NCBI GenBank assembly: GCA_965279525.1
Contig: CBDIIB010000004.1
Span: 576,001-640,000, forward strand
Origin: Tagaea sp.
Lineage (GTDB): Bacteria > Pseudomonadota > Alphaproteobacteria > CACIAM-22H2
Reading direction: 5' to 3'
Length of the DNA: 64,000 nt
Shown here: in pieces, positions 31,852 through 43,067 of the stretch
How positions within the stretch are numbered: the first letter of the stretch is position 1
How the letters are laid out: each line of letters begins with the position of its first letter
Translations under genes and position numbers: made by a program
The notes under the pieces: model-generated
Told to the model about the DNA's origin: nothing
Databases searched by the model: none
The model's input: only the letters and a program-made list of their open reading frames with translations

Positions 31852-32766
31852 ATGAATTCGAAGCCGACCCTGCCGGCAAGCGTCGATGCCACGCTCGCCC
31901 TGCTCGCCGACCATCGCTACATCGCCGACCGGAGCCTCGCGACGGCGCTCTACCTGTCGCTGAAGCTGGGACGGCCGCTCTTCCTCGAAGGGGAACCCGG
32001 AACCGGCAAAACCGAGATCGCCAAAGTGCTGGCCGCCGCTCTCGGCAGGCGCCTCATCCGGCTGCAATGCTACGAAGGGCTGGACGCGAGCACGGCCGTC
32101 TACGAGTGGAACTACCCGCGCCAGATGATGGAGATCCGCCTCGCCGAAGCCGCCGGCACCAGCCGCCAGACGCTCGACGACGCGATCTTCTCCGAGCGCT
32201 TCCTGATCCGCCGCCCGCTGCTCGAAGCGCTGTCGCCCGATCCCGCCGGCCCGCCGGTGCTGCTGATCGACGAGCTCGACCGCGCGGACGAGCCGTTCGA
32301 GGCCTATTTGCTCGAAGTGCTCGGCGACTGGCAGGTGACGATTCCGGAACTGGGTACGATCAAGGCCCCCGCCCCGCCGCTCGCCATCGTCACGTCCAAC
32401 CGCACGCGCGAGGTGCATGACGCGCTGAAGCGCCGCTGCTTCTACGCGTGGGTCGATTTCCCGACGGCCGAGCGCGAGCTTGCCATCGTGCGCACCAAAT
32501 GCCCGGGCGTGGGCGAGGCGCTGTCGGCGCAGGTCGTGGCGTTCGTGCAGAAGCTGCGCGGCGAAGAACTGTTCAAGCTTCCCGGTGTCGCCGAAACGCT
32601 CGACTGGACCAATGCGCTGGTGGCGCTGGACCGCATCGCACTCGACCCCGCCACGATCGACGACACGCTGGGCGCGTTGCTCAAATACCAGGACGACATC
32701 GCCAAGATCCGCGGCACGACGGCGCTGAAGCTCCTGAAAGAGGTGGAGGCCGGAGCCGGCGCATGA
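31852..32766 (+). CDS. coxD: MoxR family AAA+ ATPase (CoxD-like)
   Basis: GEPGTGKT, LQCYEGLD, LLIDELDR and ALKRRC motifs. Confidence 0.92.
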   Translation: MNSKPTLPASVDATLALLADHRYIADRSLATALYLSLKLGRPLFLEGEPGTGKTEIAKVLAAALGRRLIRLQCYEGLDASTAVYEWNYPRQMMEIRLAEAAGTSRQTLDDAIFSERFLIRRPLLEALSPDPAGPPVLLIDELDRADEPFEAYLLEVLGDWQVTIPELGTIKAPAPPLAIVTSNRTREVHDALKRRCFYAWVDFPTAERELAIVRTKCPGVGEALSAQVVAFVQKLRGEELFKLPGVAETLDWTNALVALDRIALDPATIDDTLGALLKYQDDIAKIRGTTALKLLKEVEAGAGA

Positions 32767-33974
32767 GCGAGGCGGGAACGCTGCTGGAAAACGTCGTGCG
32801 TTTCACGCGCCTGCTGCGCGCCGCCGGCCTGCCGGTCGGGCCGGGGCGCGGCATCGAGGCGGCGCGCGCGGTCGAGGCGGCGGGCCTGTCGAAAAAGGCG
32901 GACCTCTATTGGGCGCTGCACGCCACGCTGGTCAACCGGCGCGAGCAGCGCGAGATCTTTGACCAGGCCTTCCGCCTGTTCTGGCGCGATCCCAAGCTGC
33001 TCGAACGCGCGATGGGCATGCTGCTGCCAAGTGCGGTCGATCCCGACGCCGACGAACCCAAGGACCCCACACTTCGCCGCGTGGCCGAAGCCTTCCACCG
33101 CCCGCCGCCGGCGGGAAGCGACGGCACGCCGGAAGACCGCACCGATTTCGACGCCGCGATGACGTGGTCGGACAGCGAGCTTCTGCAGAAGAAGGATTTC
33201 GAGCAGATGAGCGCCGAGGAGATGGCCGCCGCCACGCGCGCCCTCCAGCGTTTCGCCGCCCCCTTCCCCGAACGTGCCACGCGCCGTTTCCGCACCGGTT
33301 CCGGCGGAAGGCGGCTCGACCCGCGCGCCACGATGCGCGCGATGCTGCGCTCTGGCGGCGATCTGGTACACCTGCGCTTCAAGGAACGGCGCACCGAGCA
33401 TCCGCCGCTGGTGGTGCTGCTCGACATTTCCGGCTCGATGGAACGCTATGCGCGCGTTTTCCTGCATTTCGTCCATCTGCTGGTAAACGACCGCGAGCGC
33501 GTCCACGTCTTCCTGTTCGGCACGCGGCTGACCAACGTGACGCGCGCACTCCGCCGCAAGGACATCGATCTCGCACTCGCCAAGGTGAGCGAACTGGTCG
33601 ACGACTGGTCGGGCGGGACGCGCATCGGGGCCTGCCTGCACGAATTCAACTGGCAGTGGAGCCGGCGCGTGCTGGCGCGCAGCCCGACCGTGCTGCTGGT
33701 CACCGACGGGCTGGACCGCGAAGCCGGCCAGGGCCTGTCGCGCGAGGTCGAGCGGCTCGCGAAATCTTCCGGTCGGCTGGTCTGGCTCAACCCGCTCTTG
33801 CGCTTCAGCGGATTCCAGCCCAAATCTCTGGGTGTCCGGGCGATCCTGCCGCATGTCGACGAGTTCCGCCCCGTGCACAATCTCGCCAGCCTCGCCGGAC
33901 TCGTCGAGGCGCTGGCTGCCCCGCCGGGTCCGCGGCGCACGGGCCGCTTCGAATGGAAGGGAATGGCCGCATGA
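32763..33974 (+). CDS. coxE: VWA domain protein (CoxE-like)
   Basis: DISGSM MIDAS, FGTRLT, WSGGTRIG, TDGLD and WLNP motifs. Confidence 0.92.
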   Translation: MSEAGTLLENVVRFTRLLRAAGLPVGPGRGIEAARAVEAAGLSKKADLYWALHATLVNRREQREIFDQAFRLFWRDPKLLERAMGMLLPSAVDPDADEPKDPTLRRVAEAFHRPPPAGSDGTPEDRTDFDAAMTWSDSELLQKKDFEQMSAEEMAAATRALQRFAAPFPERATRRFRTGSGGRRLDPRATMRAMLRSGGDLVHLRFKERRTEHPPLVVLLDISGSMERYARVFLHFVHLLVNDRERVHVFLFGTRLTNVTRALRRKDIDLALAKVSELVDDWSGGTRIGACLHEFNWQWSRRVLARSPTVLLVTDGLDREAGQGLSREVERLAKSSGRLVWLNPLLRFSGFQPKSLGVRAILPHVDEFRPVHNLASLAGLVEALAAPPGPRRTGRFEWKGMAA

Positions 33975-34285
33975 GCGACGATGTTCTCGACCAGGCCGCC
34001 GGCTGGCGCAAGGAAGGCCGCAAGGTCGCCCTCGCCACCGTCGTCACCACATGGGGCTCTTCGCCCCGGCCCGTCGGCTCGCAGCTTGCCGTCGACGGTG
34101 CGGGCAAGTTCGTCGGCTCGGTTTCCGGCGGCTGCATCGAAGGTGCGGTCATCAAGGAAGCGCTCGACGCGATCGGCAACGGCCGTCCGCGCCTGCTCGA
34201 TTTCGGCGTGACGAACGAGCAGGCCTGGGACGTCGGCCTCGCTTGCGGCGGCAAGGTGCAGGTCTATGTCGAGAGGCTCGACTAG
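33971..34285 (+). CDS. XdhC/CoxF family N-terminal module
   Basis: ATVVTTWGSSPRP, GSVSGGCIE and GLACGG motifs. Confidence 0.9.
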   Translation: MSDDVLDQAAGWRKEGRKVALATVVTTWGSSPRPVGSQLAVDGAGKFVGSVSGGCIEGAVIKEALDAIGNGRPRLLDFGVTNEQAWDVGLACGGKVQVYVERLD

Positions 34286-34288
34286 GCC

Positions 34289-34981
34289 ATGAAGCCTGAG
34301 ATTTTCGAATCGCTCCAGAAGGCACGCGCCGCCAAGCGGCCGGTGGCCCTCGCCACGAACCTGAAGTCCGGCGCCCAGAAACTGATCTTCGAGACCGAGA
34401 GCGAAGGGCCGCTGTGCCTCGACGTCGACATGCTGGCCGGTGCCGCCGACATGATCAGGCGCGACGAGAGCGGCACGCTCCAGACCGGGGCCGGTCCGGT
34501 CTTCATCCATGCCTTCAATCCGCCGCCGCGCATGATCGTGGTGGGAGCCGTTCACATCGCCGAGCCCTTGGCGCGCATCGCCACGCTGGCCGGCTACGGC
34601 ACCACGCTCGTCGATCCGCGCCGTGCCTTCGCCGCCTCGCAGAAATTCGACGGCTACGAGGTCTCGACCGACTGGCCGGACGAGGCGATGGCGGTGTTGA
34701 AGCCCGACGTGCGGACCGCGATCGTCACGCTGACGCACGATCCCAAGATCGACGACCCGGCCCTTGAAGCCGCCTTGAATTCGCCCGCGTTCTATATCGG
34801 TGCGCTCGGTTCGCGCAAGACGCACGCCGCCCGCCTCGAACGGCTGAAGGCACGCGGCTTTACCGACGCCCAGCTTGCGCGCATCCATGGGCCCGTCGGG
34901 CTTGCCATCGGTGCCCTGTCGCCGGCCGAGATCGCGGTTTCGATCGTCGCCGAGATCACCAAGATCCGACGCGGGGAATGA
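34289..34981 (+). CDS. xdhC: XdhC family Rossmann (C-terminal) module
   Basis: GAVHIA, THDPKID, YIGALGS and GP.GL.IGA.SPAEIAVSI motifs. Confidence 0.88.
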   Translation: MKPEIFESLQKARAAKRPVALATNLKSGAQKLIFETESEGPLCLDVDMLAGAADMIRRDESGTLQTGAGPVFIHAFNPPPRMIVVGAVHIAEPLARIATLAGYGTTLVDPRRAFAASQKFDGYEVSTDWPDEAMAVLKPDVRTAIVTLTHDPKIDDPALEAALNSPAFYIGALGSRKTHAARLERLKARGFTDAQLARIHGPVGLAIGALSPAEIAVSIVAEITKIRRGE

Positions 34982-34985
34982 CCAG

Positions 34986-36601
<1,616 letters not shown>

Positions 36602-36605
<4 letters not shown>

Positions 36606-37798
36606 GTTCCGCGTATCGCCGCCAGTTCCCGATCCTGGGCGACGGGATCGCGTATCTCGACAGTGCGGCAAGCGCGCAGACGCCGTTCGGCGTGCTGGGA
36701 GCGGTGCGCGACTTCGAGACCGCCAAGCGCGCCAACGTCAAGCGCGGCGTCCACCGGCTGGCCGAAGCAGCGACGGAAGCCTACGCGCAGGCGCGCGAGC
36801 GGGTCGCTTCGTATCTTTCGGTACCTGCCGACGAGATCGTGTTCACCGGCGGCACGACGGGGTCGATCAATCTTGTGGCGCATTCGTTCGGCGCGATGCT
36901 GGCACCGGGCGACGAGATCGTGTTGAGCGGTCTCGAGCATCATTCCAACCTCGTGCCCTGGCAGATGCTTGCGGCGCGAAGCGGCGTCGTTCTCAAGTTC
37001 CTTCCCGTCACCGACGAAGGCCGCATCGACGTGGCGGCCCTGCCAGCACTCATCGGCCCGCGCACGAAACTCGTGGCGCTGGCACACGTGTCGAACGTGA
37101 CGGGCGCGGTGCTCGATCCGGCCCCGGTCGTCGCGGCCGCGAAGGCGCTCGGGGCGCGCGTGCTGCTCGACGGCGCGCAGCGTGTACCCCACGGGCCGGT
37201 CGACATCCCTGCCCTCGGCGTCGATTTCTATGCCTTCAGCGGCCACAAGCTGTTCGCACCGCACGGCATCGGCGTGCTGTGGGCGAAGGGCGAACTGCTC
37301 GACGCGATGCCGCCGTTCCTTGGCGGGGGCGAGATGATCGCGCGCGTCGAGCTATCCGGCAGCACATGGGCCAAGCCCCCGGCGAAATTCGAGGCGGGCA
37401 CGCCGCCCATCGGGGCCGCCGTCGGGCTTGGGGCCGCGTGCGACTGGCTGGCGGGCCTCCCGTGGCCGGCGATCGCGGCGGAAGAATCGCGCCTTGCCCA
37501 GCGCCTGCTCGACGGATTGCAGGCCACACCGGGCATCCGCATCCTCGGGCCCTCGGGCCTGCAGGGGCGCGCCCCGGTCGTGTCGTTCGACCTGGCGGGC
37601 GCGCATCCGCACGACGTGTGCCAGATCATGGATGGCAAGGGTGTGGCACTGCGCGGCGGGCACCATTGCGCGCAGCCGCTGCATGCGCGCTTCGACCTTG
37701 CCGGCACGACGCGCGCCTCGCTTGCCCTCTACAGCGACGATTCCGACATCGACCGCTTCTTCGAGGGTCTCGCCGAAGCACGGCGCGTGCTGCTGTGA
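36602..37798 (+). CDS. sufS: group II (SufS-type) cysteine desulfurase
   Basis: YLDSAAS, EHHSN, SGHK (PLP Lys), FEAGTP and RGGHHCAQPL motifs; GTG start overlapping the upstream stop. Confidence 0.9.
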
Positions 37799-38196
37799 GC
37801 GAAGCGCTCTATCACGACGCGATCCTGGCACGCGCCAAGGACACCGCGCGCGAAGGCCGGCTCGACGCACCCGACCGCACCGCCACGCTCGACAATCCGC
37901 TGTGCGGCGACCGGGTGACGCTGGATTTCGCGCTTTCGGGCGAGCGCATCGAAAAGGTCCGCCATTTCGTGCGCGGCTGCGCGCTGTGCCGTGCTTCGGC
38001 CGCCACGCTTGCCGCCGCCCTCGAAGGCGGCACGAAGGCGGCGATCGGCACGGCTGCCGGCGAGCTCGATGCCATTCTCGCCGGTACCGCCGACGGGACC
38101 GGCTGGCAGGTCTTCGCCCCCGTCGGCCGGCACAAGAGCCGTCACGACTGCGTGCGCCTGCCGCTTGCCGCCGCGAAGGCCGCCTTCGAGGCTTGA
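37795..38196 (+). CDS. SufU-like sulfur-transfer/scaffold protein
   Basis: NPLCGD, GCALC and RHDC motifs; no LPPVK; GTGA overlap with sufS. Confidence 0.85.
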   Translation: MSEALYHDAILARAKDTAREGRLDAPDRTATLDNPLCGDRVTLDFALSGERIEKVRHFVRGCALCRASAATLAAALEGGTKAAIGTAAGELDAILAGTADGTGWQVFAPVGRHKSRHDCVRLPLAAAKAAFEA

Positions 38197-38252
38197 TTTG
38201 CCCGTCCGACCCCGGTACAAGCAGCCCGCTTTCGATGCCGGCAACGGCCGAC

Positions 38253-38328
38253 GTTCCCTTCGTCTAGAGGCCTAGGACACCACCCTTTCACGGTGGATAC
38301 AGGGGTTCGAATCCCCTAGGGAACGCCA
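38253..38328 (+). tRNA. tRNA-Glu (anticodon UUC)
   Basis: GTTCCCTTCGTCTAGAGGCCTAGGACACCACCCTTTCACGGTGGATACAGGGGTTCGAATCCCCTAGGGAACGCCA cloverleaf with CCA. Confidence 0.97.
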
Positions 38329-38387
38329 TTATTCCAGATGGTTAACTAGTTATCCTGATGTACCGCTCAAGGTAGGGCGGCAGCACC

Positions 38388-38417
38388 GGCCGGAGCGAAT
38401 CCGGCGGGCCGTTTTTC
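38388..38417 (+). terminator. possible terminator after tRNA-Glu
   Basis: GCCGGA-GCGAA-TCCGGC hairpin with a nearby TTTTT run. Confidence 0.4.
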
Positions 38418-38492
38418 AGGATGGCAACCGGGCGCCGATTGACCGAAGCTGAAGGCGCCGAATTGGGTCGTGCTGACCCGGCCCGCGGAGCG

Positions 38493-38999
38493 ATGCAAGC
38501 CAACTTCCGACCCATCGAATCCGGCATGCGCCCGTACGACGACGCCGAACCGGTCCTGTCAGCCATGTACGATTTTTGGCTCTCGAAATGCCGCGGCGGG
38601 CGCCTGCCGGGCCGGCGCGACATGGACATGGTCGAGATCCCGCGCGCCATGCTGCCGCTGATGATGATGCTCGACGTCGAGAAGAAGGCCGGTGCCGCCG
38701 GCCGCCGCTTCCGCTATCGGCTGATCGGAACGCAGATCGCGCAGTATGCCGGACGGGATTTCACCGGCCACTATCTCGACGAGGTGATCCCGCCCGAGCG
38801 CGCCGTCGAGCTCGTTGCCAGCATCAACGCGACGATCGACACGCGGCTGCCCAACACGCTCGCGTCGCCCTACGCTTTCCCGAACCGCGACTTCAACCAT
38901 GTCCGGCGCCTTTTCCTGCCGCTCGCGACGGACGGCACGCAGGTCGACATCGTGATCAACTGCTTCTCGTTCAAGAGTGTCCCCGAGCCGACACGATGA
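38493..38999 (+). CDS. stand-alone PAS-like (PAS_5) protein
   Basis: YDFWLSK..GRLPGRRDMD..EIP, FRYRLIGT, DFTG and RLFLPLATDG pattern; start at MQANF after GGAG (alternative start 38421). Confidence 0.8.
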   Translation: MQANFRPIESGMRPYDDAEPVLSAMYDFWLSKCRGGRLPGRRDMDMVEIPRAMLPLMMMLDVEKKAGAAGRRFRYRLIGTQIAQYAGRDFTGHYLDEVIPPERAVELVASINATIDTRLPNTLASPYAFPNRDFNHVRRLFLPLATDGTQVDIVINCFSFKSVPEPTR

Positions 39000-40207
39000 A
39001 GCCCGCGAACATCCTGTTCCTTCATCAGAACTTTCCGGGCCAATACCGGCAACTCGCCCCGGCGCTTGCCGCGCGCGGCCATCGTGTGCGCGCCCTGTCG
39101 ATCCGCCGGAACCCGCCGCTGGAGGGTGTCGTGTCGGAGACCTACGCGCCCACGCGCGGCACGACGCGCGAAGCACACCCGTGGGCGCAGGACTTCGAGA
39201 CCAAGATCCTGCGCGGCGAGGCGTGCGCGCAGGCGATCGGCCGGCTGGCCGGCGGCGGCTTCGTGCCCGACATCGTGTGCGCCAACCCCGGCTGGGGCGA
39301 GGCGATGTTCGTCAAGGACGTGCTGCCCGACGCGCGCCTGCATCTCTATCTCGAGTTTTTCTATCCCACGCGCGGCGGCGACACCGGATTCGACCCCGAA
39401 TTCGCGCCCGACAGCGTGGGGGCACGCGCGCACGCGCGCTCCAAGCGGGCTTCCCAGCTCGTGTCGCTCGACGCGATGGACAGCGCCGTCGCCCCGATGC
39501 GCTGGCAGCGCGACACGTTCCCGGCCGCCTATCGCGACCGCATCGAGGTGTGCTTCGACGGCGTGGATACCGGCATCGTCCGGCCCGACGCGGCGGCAGT
39601 CCTCGAACACGACGGGCACACGTTCCGCGCCGGCGACCCGATCGTCACGTTCGTCAGCCGCAATCTCGAGCCCTATCGCGGCTACCACGTGTTCATGCGC
39701 GCCTTGCCGCGCCTGCTGGCGGAAATGCCCGACGCGCGCGTGCTGGTCGTCGGCGGCGACGGCGTCAGCTACGGGGCGGCACCCAAGGACGGCATCTCGT
39801 ATCGCAAGCGGTTCTTCGACGAGGTTGCCGGCCGCATCGACGTATCCCGCGTCCATTTCCTCGGCACCGTGCCCTACCCGACCTTCCTGCGCGTGCTGCA
39901 GGTGTCGGCCGCACATGTCTACCTCACCTATCCGTTCGTGCTGTCGTGGTCGATGGTCGAGGCGATGGCCGCCGGCTGCCTCGTCGTCGGCTCGCGCACG
40001 GGGCCGGTCGAGGAAGTGATCCGCGACGGCGAGAACGGCCGGCTCGTCGGTTTCTTCGATGCCGATGCGCTCGCCGGCACGCTGGCGAAAGTGCTGCGCG
40101 ATCCGGCTTCCCAGCGCGGCCTGCGCGCCAACGCCCGCAAGACGGTCGTGGAGAATTACGATCTCGCCGCCTGCCTCAAGCGACAGGTGGCGCTGGTCGA
40201 AGCCTGA
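38996..40207 (+). CDS. glycosyltransferase family 4 (HQNFPGQ N-terminal type)
   Basis: FLHQNFPGQY, PGWGE, RNLEPYRG and YPFVLSWS..EAM motifs; ATGA overlap with the PAS gene. Confidence 0.9.
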   Translation: MKPANILFLHQNFPGQYRQLAPALAARGHRVRALSIRRNPPLEGVVSETYAPTRGTTREAHPWAQDFETKILRGEACAQAIGRLAGGGFVPDIVCANPGWGEAMFVKDVLPDARLHLYLEFFYPTRGGDTGFDPEFAPDSVGARAHARSKRASQLVSLDAMDSAVAPMRWQRDTFPAAYRDRIEVCFDGVDTGIVRPDAAAVLEHDGHTFRAGDPIVTFVSRNLEPYRGYHVFMRALPRLLAEMPDARVLVVGGDGVSYGAAPKDGISYRKRFFDEVAGRIDVSRVHFLGTVPYPTFLRVLQVSAAHVYLTYPFVLSWSMVEAMAAGCLVVGSRTGPVEEVIRDGENGRLVGFFDADALAGTLAKVLRDPASQRGLRANARKTVVENYDLAACLKRQVALVEA

Positions 40208-40211
40208 GGGA

Positions 40212-40943
40212 TCAGCCCCAGACGGGCGGCGGCGGGATGCTCGCCACGAGGCTCGACAGGCCGTCGGAGTAGCGCTTGCGCAGTTCCATCCAGTAGGGAT
40301 CGTCCTTCTCGAGCGTGGCGAAGTTCTTCGCCGAGAAGCTGCCGGCGGCATAGCGCAAGAGGTCGATCGGCGCGTCGACCGATAGATTGCTTCGCATCGT
40401 GGCGTCGAAGGACAGCAGCGAGAGCTTCGCCGCCTCGTCGAGCGTGCTGGTCCCGGTGAGTGCCCGGTCGAGGATCGGCTTGCCATACTTGGTCTCGCCA
40501 AGCTGCAGGAAACGCGAACGGTCCGACGCCTCGACGAAGTTGCCGGCCGAATAGATGTGGAACAGGCGCGGCGGCTCGCCGGCGATCTGGCCGCCGACGA
40601 GGAAGTTGCCGTTGGGATCGCCGAAGGGCTGGACGAAACTTCCGTCGCGCCCGATCACCTCGCGCAGCTTCGCGCCGACCATCATCGCCACGTCGAACAT
40701 CGTGTTGGCGCCATGGAGATCCTGGCCGTAGAGGCCGGTACCCGCCGTCTCGCGGAACGCGCTGACGACGGCCTGGGTGGTGGCGAGGTTTCCCGCCGAC
40801 AGGATCGCGATGATGCGCTGGCCGGGAACCTCGAAGATGGCGAGCTTCTTGACCAGTGCGACCTGATCGACGCCGGCGTTCGAACGCGAGTCGGATGCGA
40901 GCACCAGCCCCGCCGGCAGCAGGATCCCAAGGCAATACGTCAT
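40212..40943 (-). CDS. proteasome-type Ntn protease (Anbu family)
   Basis: MTYC start giving Thr1, Asp17 and Lys32 after Met removal; AGNLATTQ, GETKYGKPILDR and RSNLSV motifs. Confidence 0.9.
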   Translation of the reverse strand: MTYCLGILLPAGLVLASDSRSNAGVDQVALVKKLAIFEVPGQRIIAILSAGNLATTQAVVSAFRETAGTGLYGQDLHGANTMFDVAMMVGAKLREVIGRDGSFVQPFGDPNGNFLVGGQIAGEPPRLFHIYSAGNFVEASDRSRFLQLGETKYGKPILDRALTGTSTLDEAAKLSLLSFDATMRSNLSVDAPIDLLRYAAGSFSAKNFATLEKDDPYWMELRKRYSDGLSSLVASIPPPPVWG

Positions 40944-41044
40944 CGTTTTCCCCCAATGGTCCGGCTTGGTGCCGGTTCACCCAAGCATCGACTTTGGCGG
41001 CGGAAGCTGCAAGTCTTGTCGTGGCTTAGGGCGGAGGTAACGGC

Positions 41045-41977
41045 GTGACGCGCAAACACGATCTGGCGGGCCTCGTCGCGTCCGTGCGCGAAGACATCGC
41101 ACCGCAGTTCGGCAGTGGAAAAGTCGCCGACTATATCCCGGCCCTCGCCCGCGTCGATCCGCGCCATTTCGGCATCGCGATCTCGACCTGCGACGGCGAG
41201 ACCGCAGCGGCAGGGGATGCGGAAGTTCCGTTCTCGATCCAGAGCGTGTCCAAGGTGTTCACGCTGACGCTGGCGCTCGGCCGCGTGGGCGACGCGCTGT
41301 GGCGCCGGGTCGGGCGCGAGCCGTCGGGGTCGCCCTTCAATTCGATCGTCCAGCTCGAACGCGAACAGGGCATCCCGCGCAACCCGCTGATCAATGCCGG
41401 TGCGCTCGTGGTCACCGACGCGATCCTCGCCGGGCGACGGCCGGAAATCGCGGTTGCCGAGATCCTGACGTATCTGCGCGAGCTGGCAGACGATGCCAGC
41501 GTCAGCGTCGACCGCGAGGTCGCACGCTCGGAAGCCGAGACGGGCTTCCGCAACGCCAGCCTTGCCAACTTCATCCGCGCCTTCGGCAACATCGCGAACC
41601 CCGTGGGCAACGTGCTGGAAACCTATTTCAACCAGTGCGCGCTCGCGATGAACTGCCGCCAGCTCGCCCACGCCGGGCTGTTCCTGGCCAATGGCGGGAT
41701 CGATCCGATCGGCGGCCAGCGCGTCGTCGGACCGGACGAGGCCAGGCGCATCAACGCGATCATGATGACGTGCGGCCACTACGACGCGTCGGGCGACTTC
41801 GCGTTCCGTGTCGGCCTGCCGGGCAAGAGCGGCGTGGGCGGCGGCATCCTTGCCATCGCCCCGCGCCGGGCATCGATCGCGGTCTGGGCGCCGGGTCTCA
41901 ACGCGTCGGGGAATTCGCTGGTGGGGGCGCTGGCGCTGGAAAGCCTGTCGCGGCGCACGGGCTGGTCGGTCTTCTAG
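41045..41977 (+). CDS. glsA: glutaminase
   Basis: [33 protein letters not shown] and PGKSGVGGG motifs. Confidence 0.95.
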   Translation: MTRKHDLAGLVASVREDIAPQFGSGKVADYIPALARVDPRHFGIAISTCDGETAAAGDAEVPFSIQSVSKVFTLTLALGRVGDALWRRVGREPSGSPFNSIVQLEREQGIPRNPLINAGALVVTDAILAGRRPEIAVAEILTYLRELADDASVSVDREVARSEAETGFRNASLANFIRAFGNIANPVGNVLETYFNQCALAMNCRQLAHAGLFLANGGIDPIGGQRVVGPDEARRINAIMMTCGHYDASGDFAFRVGLPGKSGVGGGILAIAPRRASIAVWAPGLNASGNSLVGALALESLSRRTGWSVF

Positions 41978-42005
41978 TTCTCGACCGGCAGGCGTTCATG
42001 TGCGT

Positions 42006-42881
42006 TCAAAGGATATCCACGCAGCCGAGCACGGCCTGCACGCCCGAAGCGTCGCCGAAGGGAAGCAGCAGCCGGCGATACCGCAGCAACAGAAATCCCT
42101 CAATCCCCTTGACGGACCGGTAATGCGGCACGCGCTGGCCCAGCACGCGCTCATAGGCCGGCATCGCGTAGCGCCGGTGCAGGTAGGACTGCTCGTCGAC
42201 ATGCTCGCCGGTCGGATCGCGGGCGAACTTCGCTAGGATGTCGGCGCCGACATACGAGTATCGCAGCCTCGAGGCCGGCGGCACGACGTCGACGACGAAG
42301 ACCGTGCGGTCGAAGGGTGCCTGCCGCTCGATGCCCCAGCCCTTCAGCATCGCGGGCGGCGGCATCGTGCCGTCGGTGCGCCCGATGCGCCAGATGTCGA
42401 AGACGGCCTGCATGCGCTCGGAAGCCTCGCGCCGGAACGCGGTGCCTTCCTCGGTGCGCAGCCAGATGCGGTTGGCGTAGCCCGGATCGCGCTGGAGGGT
42501 GGCCGTGAGCTTTTCGAGAAGCTGGGCTGGCGACAGCGGCTTGACGACATAGGCCGAGATTTCCCGCGCGCGTGCCTCGGCGACCGCGCGTTCGCGCGCG
42601 TCGCCGGTCACGAGCAGGAACGGCACGTCCGGGTCGATCGCGCGGATTGCCTCGAACAGTTCGAAGCCGTTGCGCTTGGGCATGTGCAGGTCCGACACGA
42701 CGATGTCGATCTTCGCCATGCCGGACGCGAAGATCGCTAGTGCCTCCGCGCCGTCGGCCGCAAGCAGCACGTTGCCGATGCCGATCCCTTCGAGAATCTT
42801 GCGGATCAGGGTCCGGGCGAAGGCATCGTCGTCGGCGACCAGCACGACCAGGTCGGGGGGAAACGTATCGGGCAGCCGCAT
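42006..42881 (-). CDS. response regulator receiver fused to a PAS_5-like domain
   Basis: REC domain (DDD, SDLHMP, TG, VKP) followed by W...MP..LRYSYVG..DPTG..RLLLPF. Confidence 0.8.
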   Translation of the reverse strand: MRLPDTFPPDLVVLVADDDAFARTLIRKILEGIGIGNVLLAADGAEALAIFASGMAKIDIVVSDLHMPKRNGFELFEAIRAIDPDVPFLLVTGDARERAVAEARAREISAYVVKPLSPAQLLEKLTATLQRDPGYANRIWLRTEEGTAFRREASERMQAVFDIWRIGRTDGTMPPPAMLKGWGIERQAPFDRTVFVVDVVPPASRLRYSYVGADILAKFARDPTGEHVDEQSYLHRRYAMPAYERVLGQRVPHYRSVKGIEGFLLLRYRRLLLPFGDASGVQAVLGCVDIL

Positions 42882-43067
42882 TTGCCCACTCTTGCCAGCG
42901 CCCGGTCCGGGATTCAACCGCCCGTCCGGTAACGCGGAAATGCACTATCGAAATAGCATTAAAAGTTAGCCTTAAATAATTGTTTTGTATTATAAAAATC
43001 TTAGTTAAGTCAGCAAACAACTCAAATTTTAGGGAACCTTTAACTTTATTGCTTTAGTTAATTGTAG

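Noticed and set aside
33971-34981. Split xdhC as a pseudogene
   Set aside because: Both ORFs have proper starts and intact motifs; two-gene XdhC arrangements occur naturally
42955-43065. CtrA binding sites
   Set aside because: TTAA half-sites are present but not at the N7 spacing
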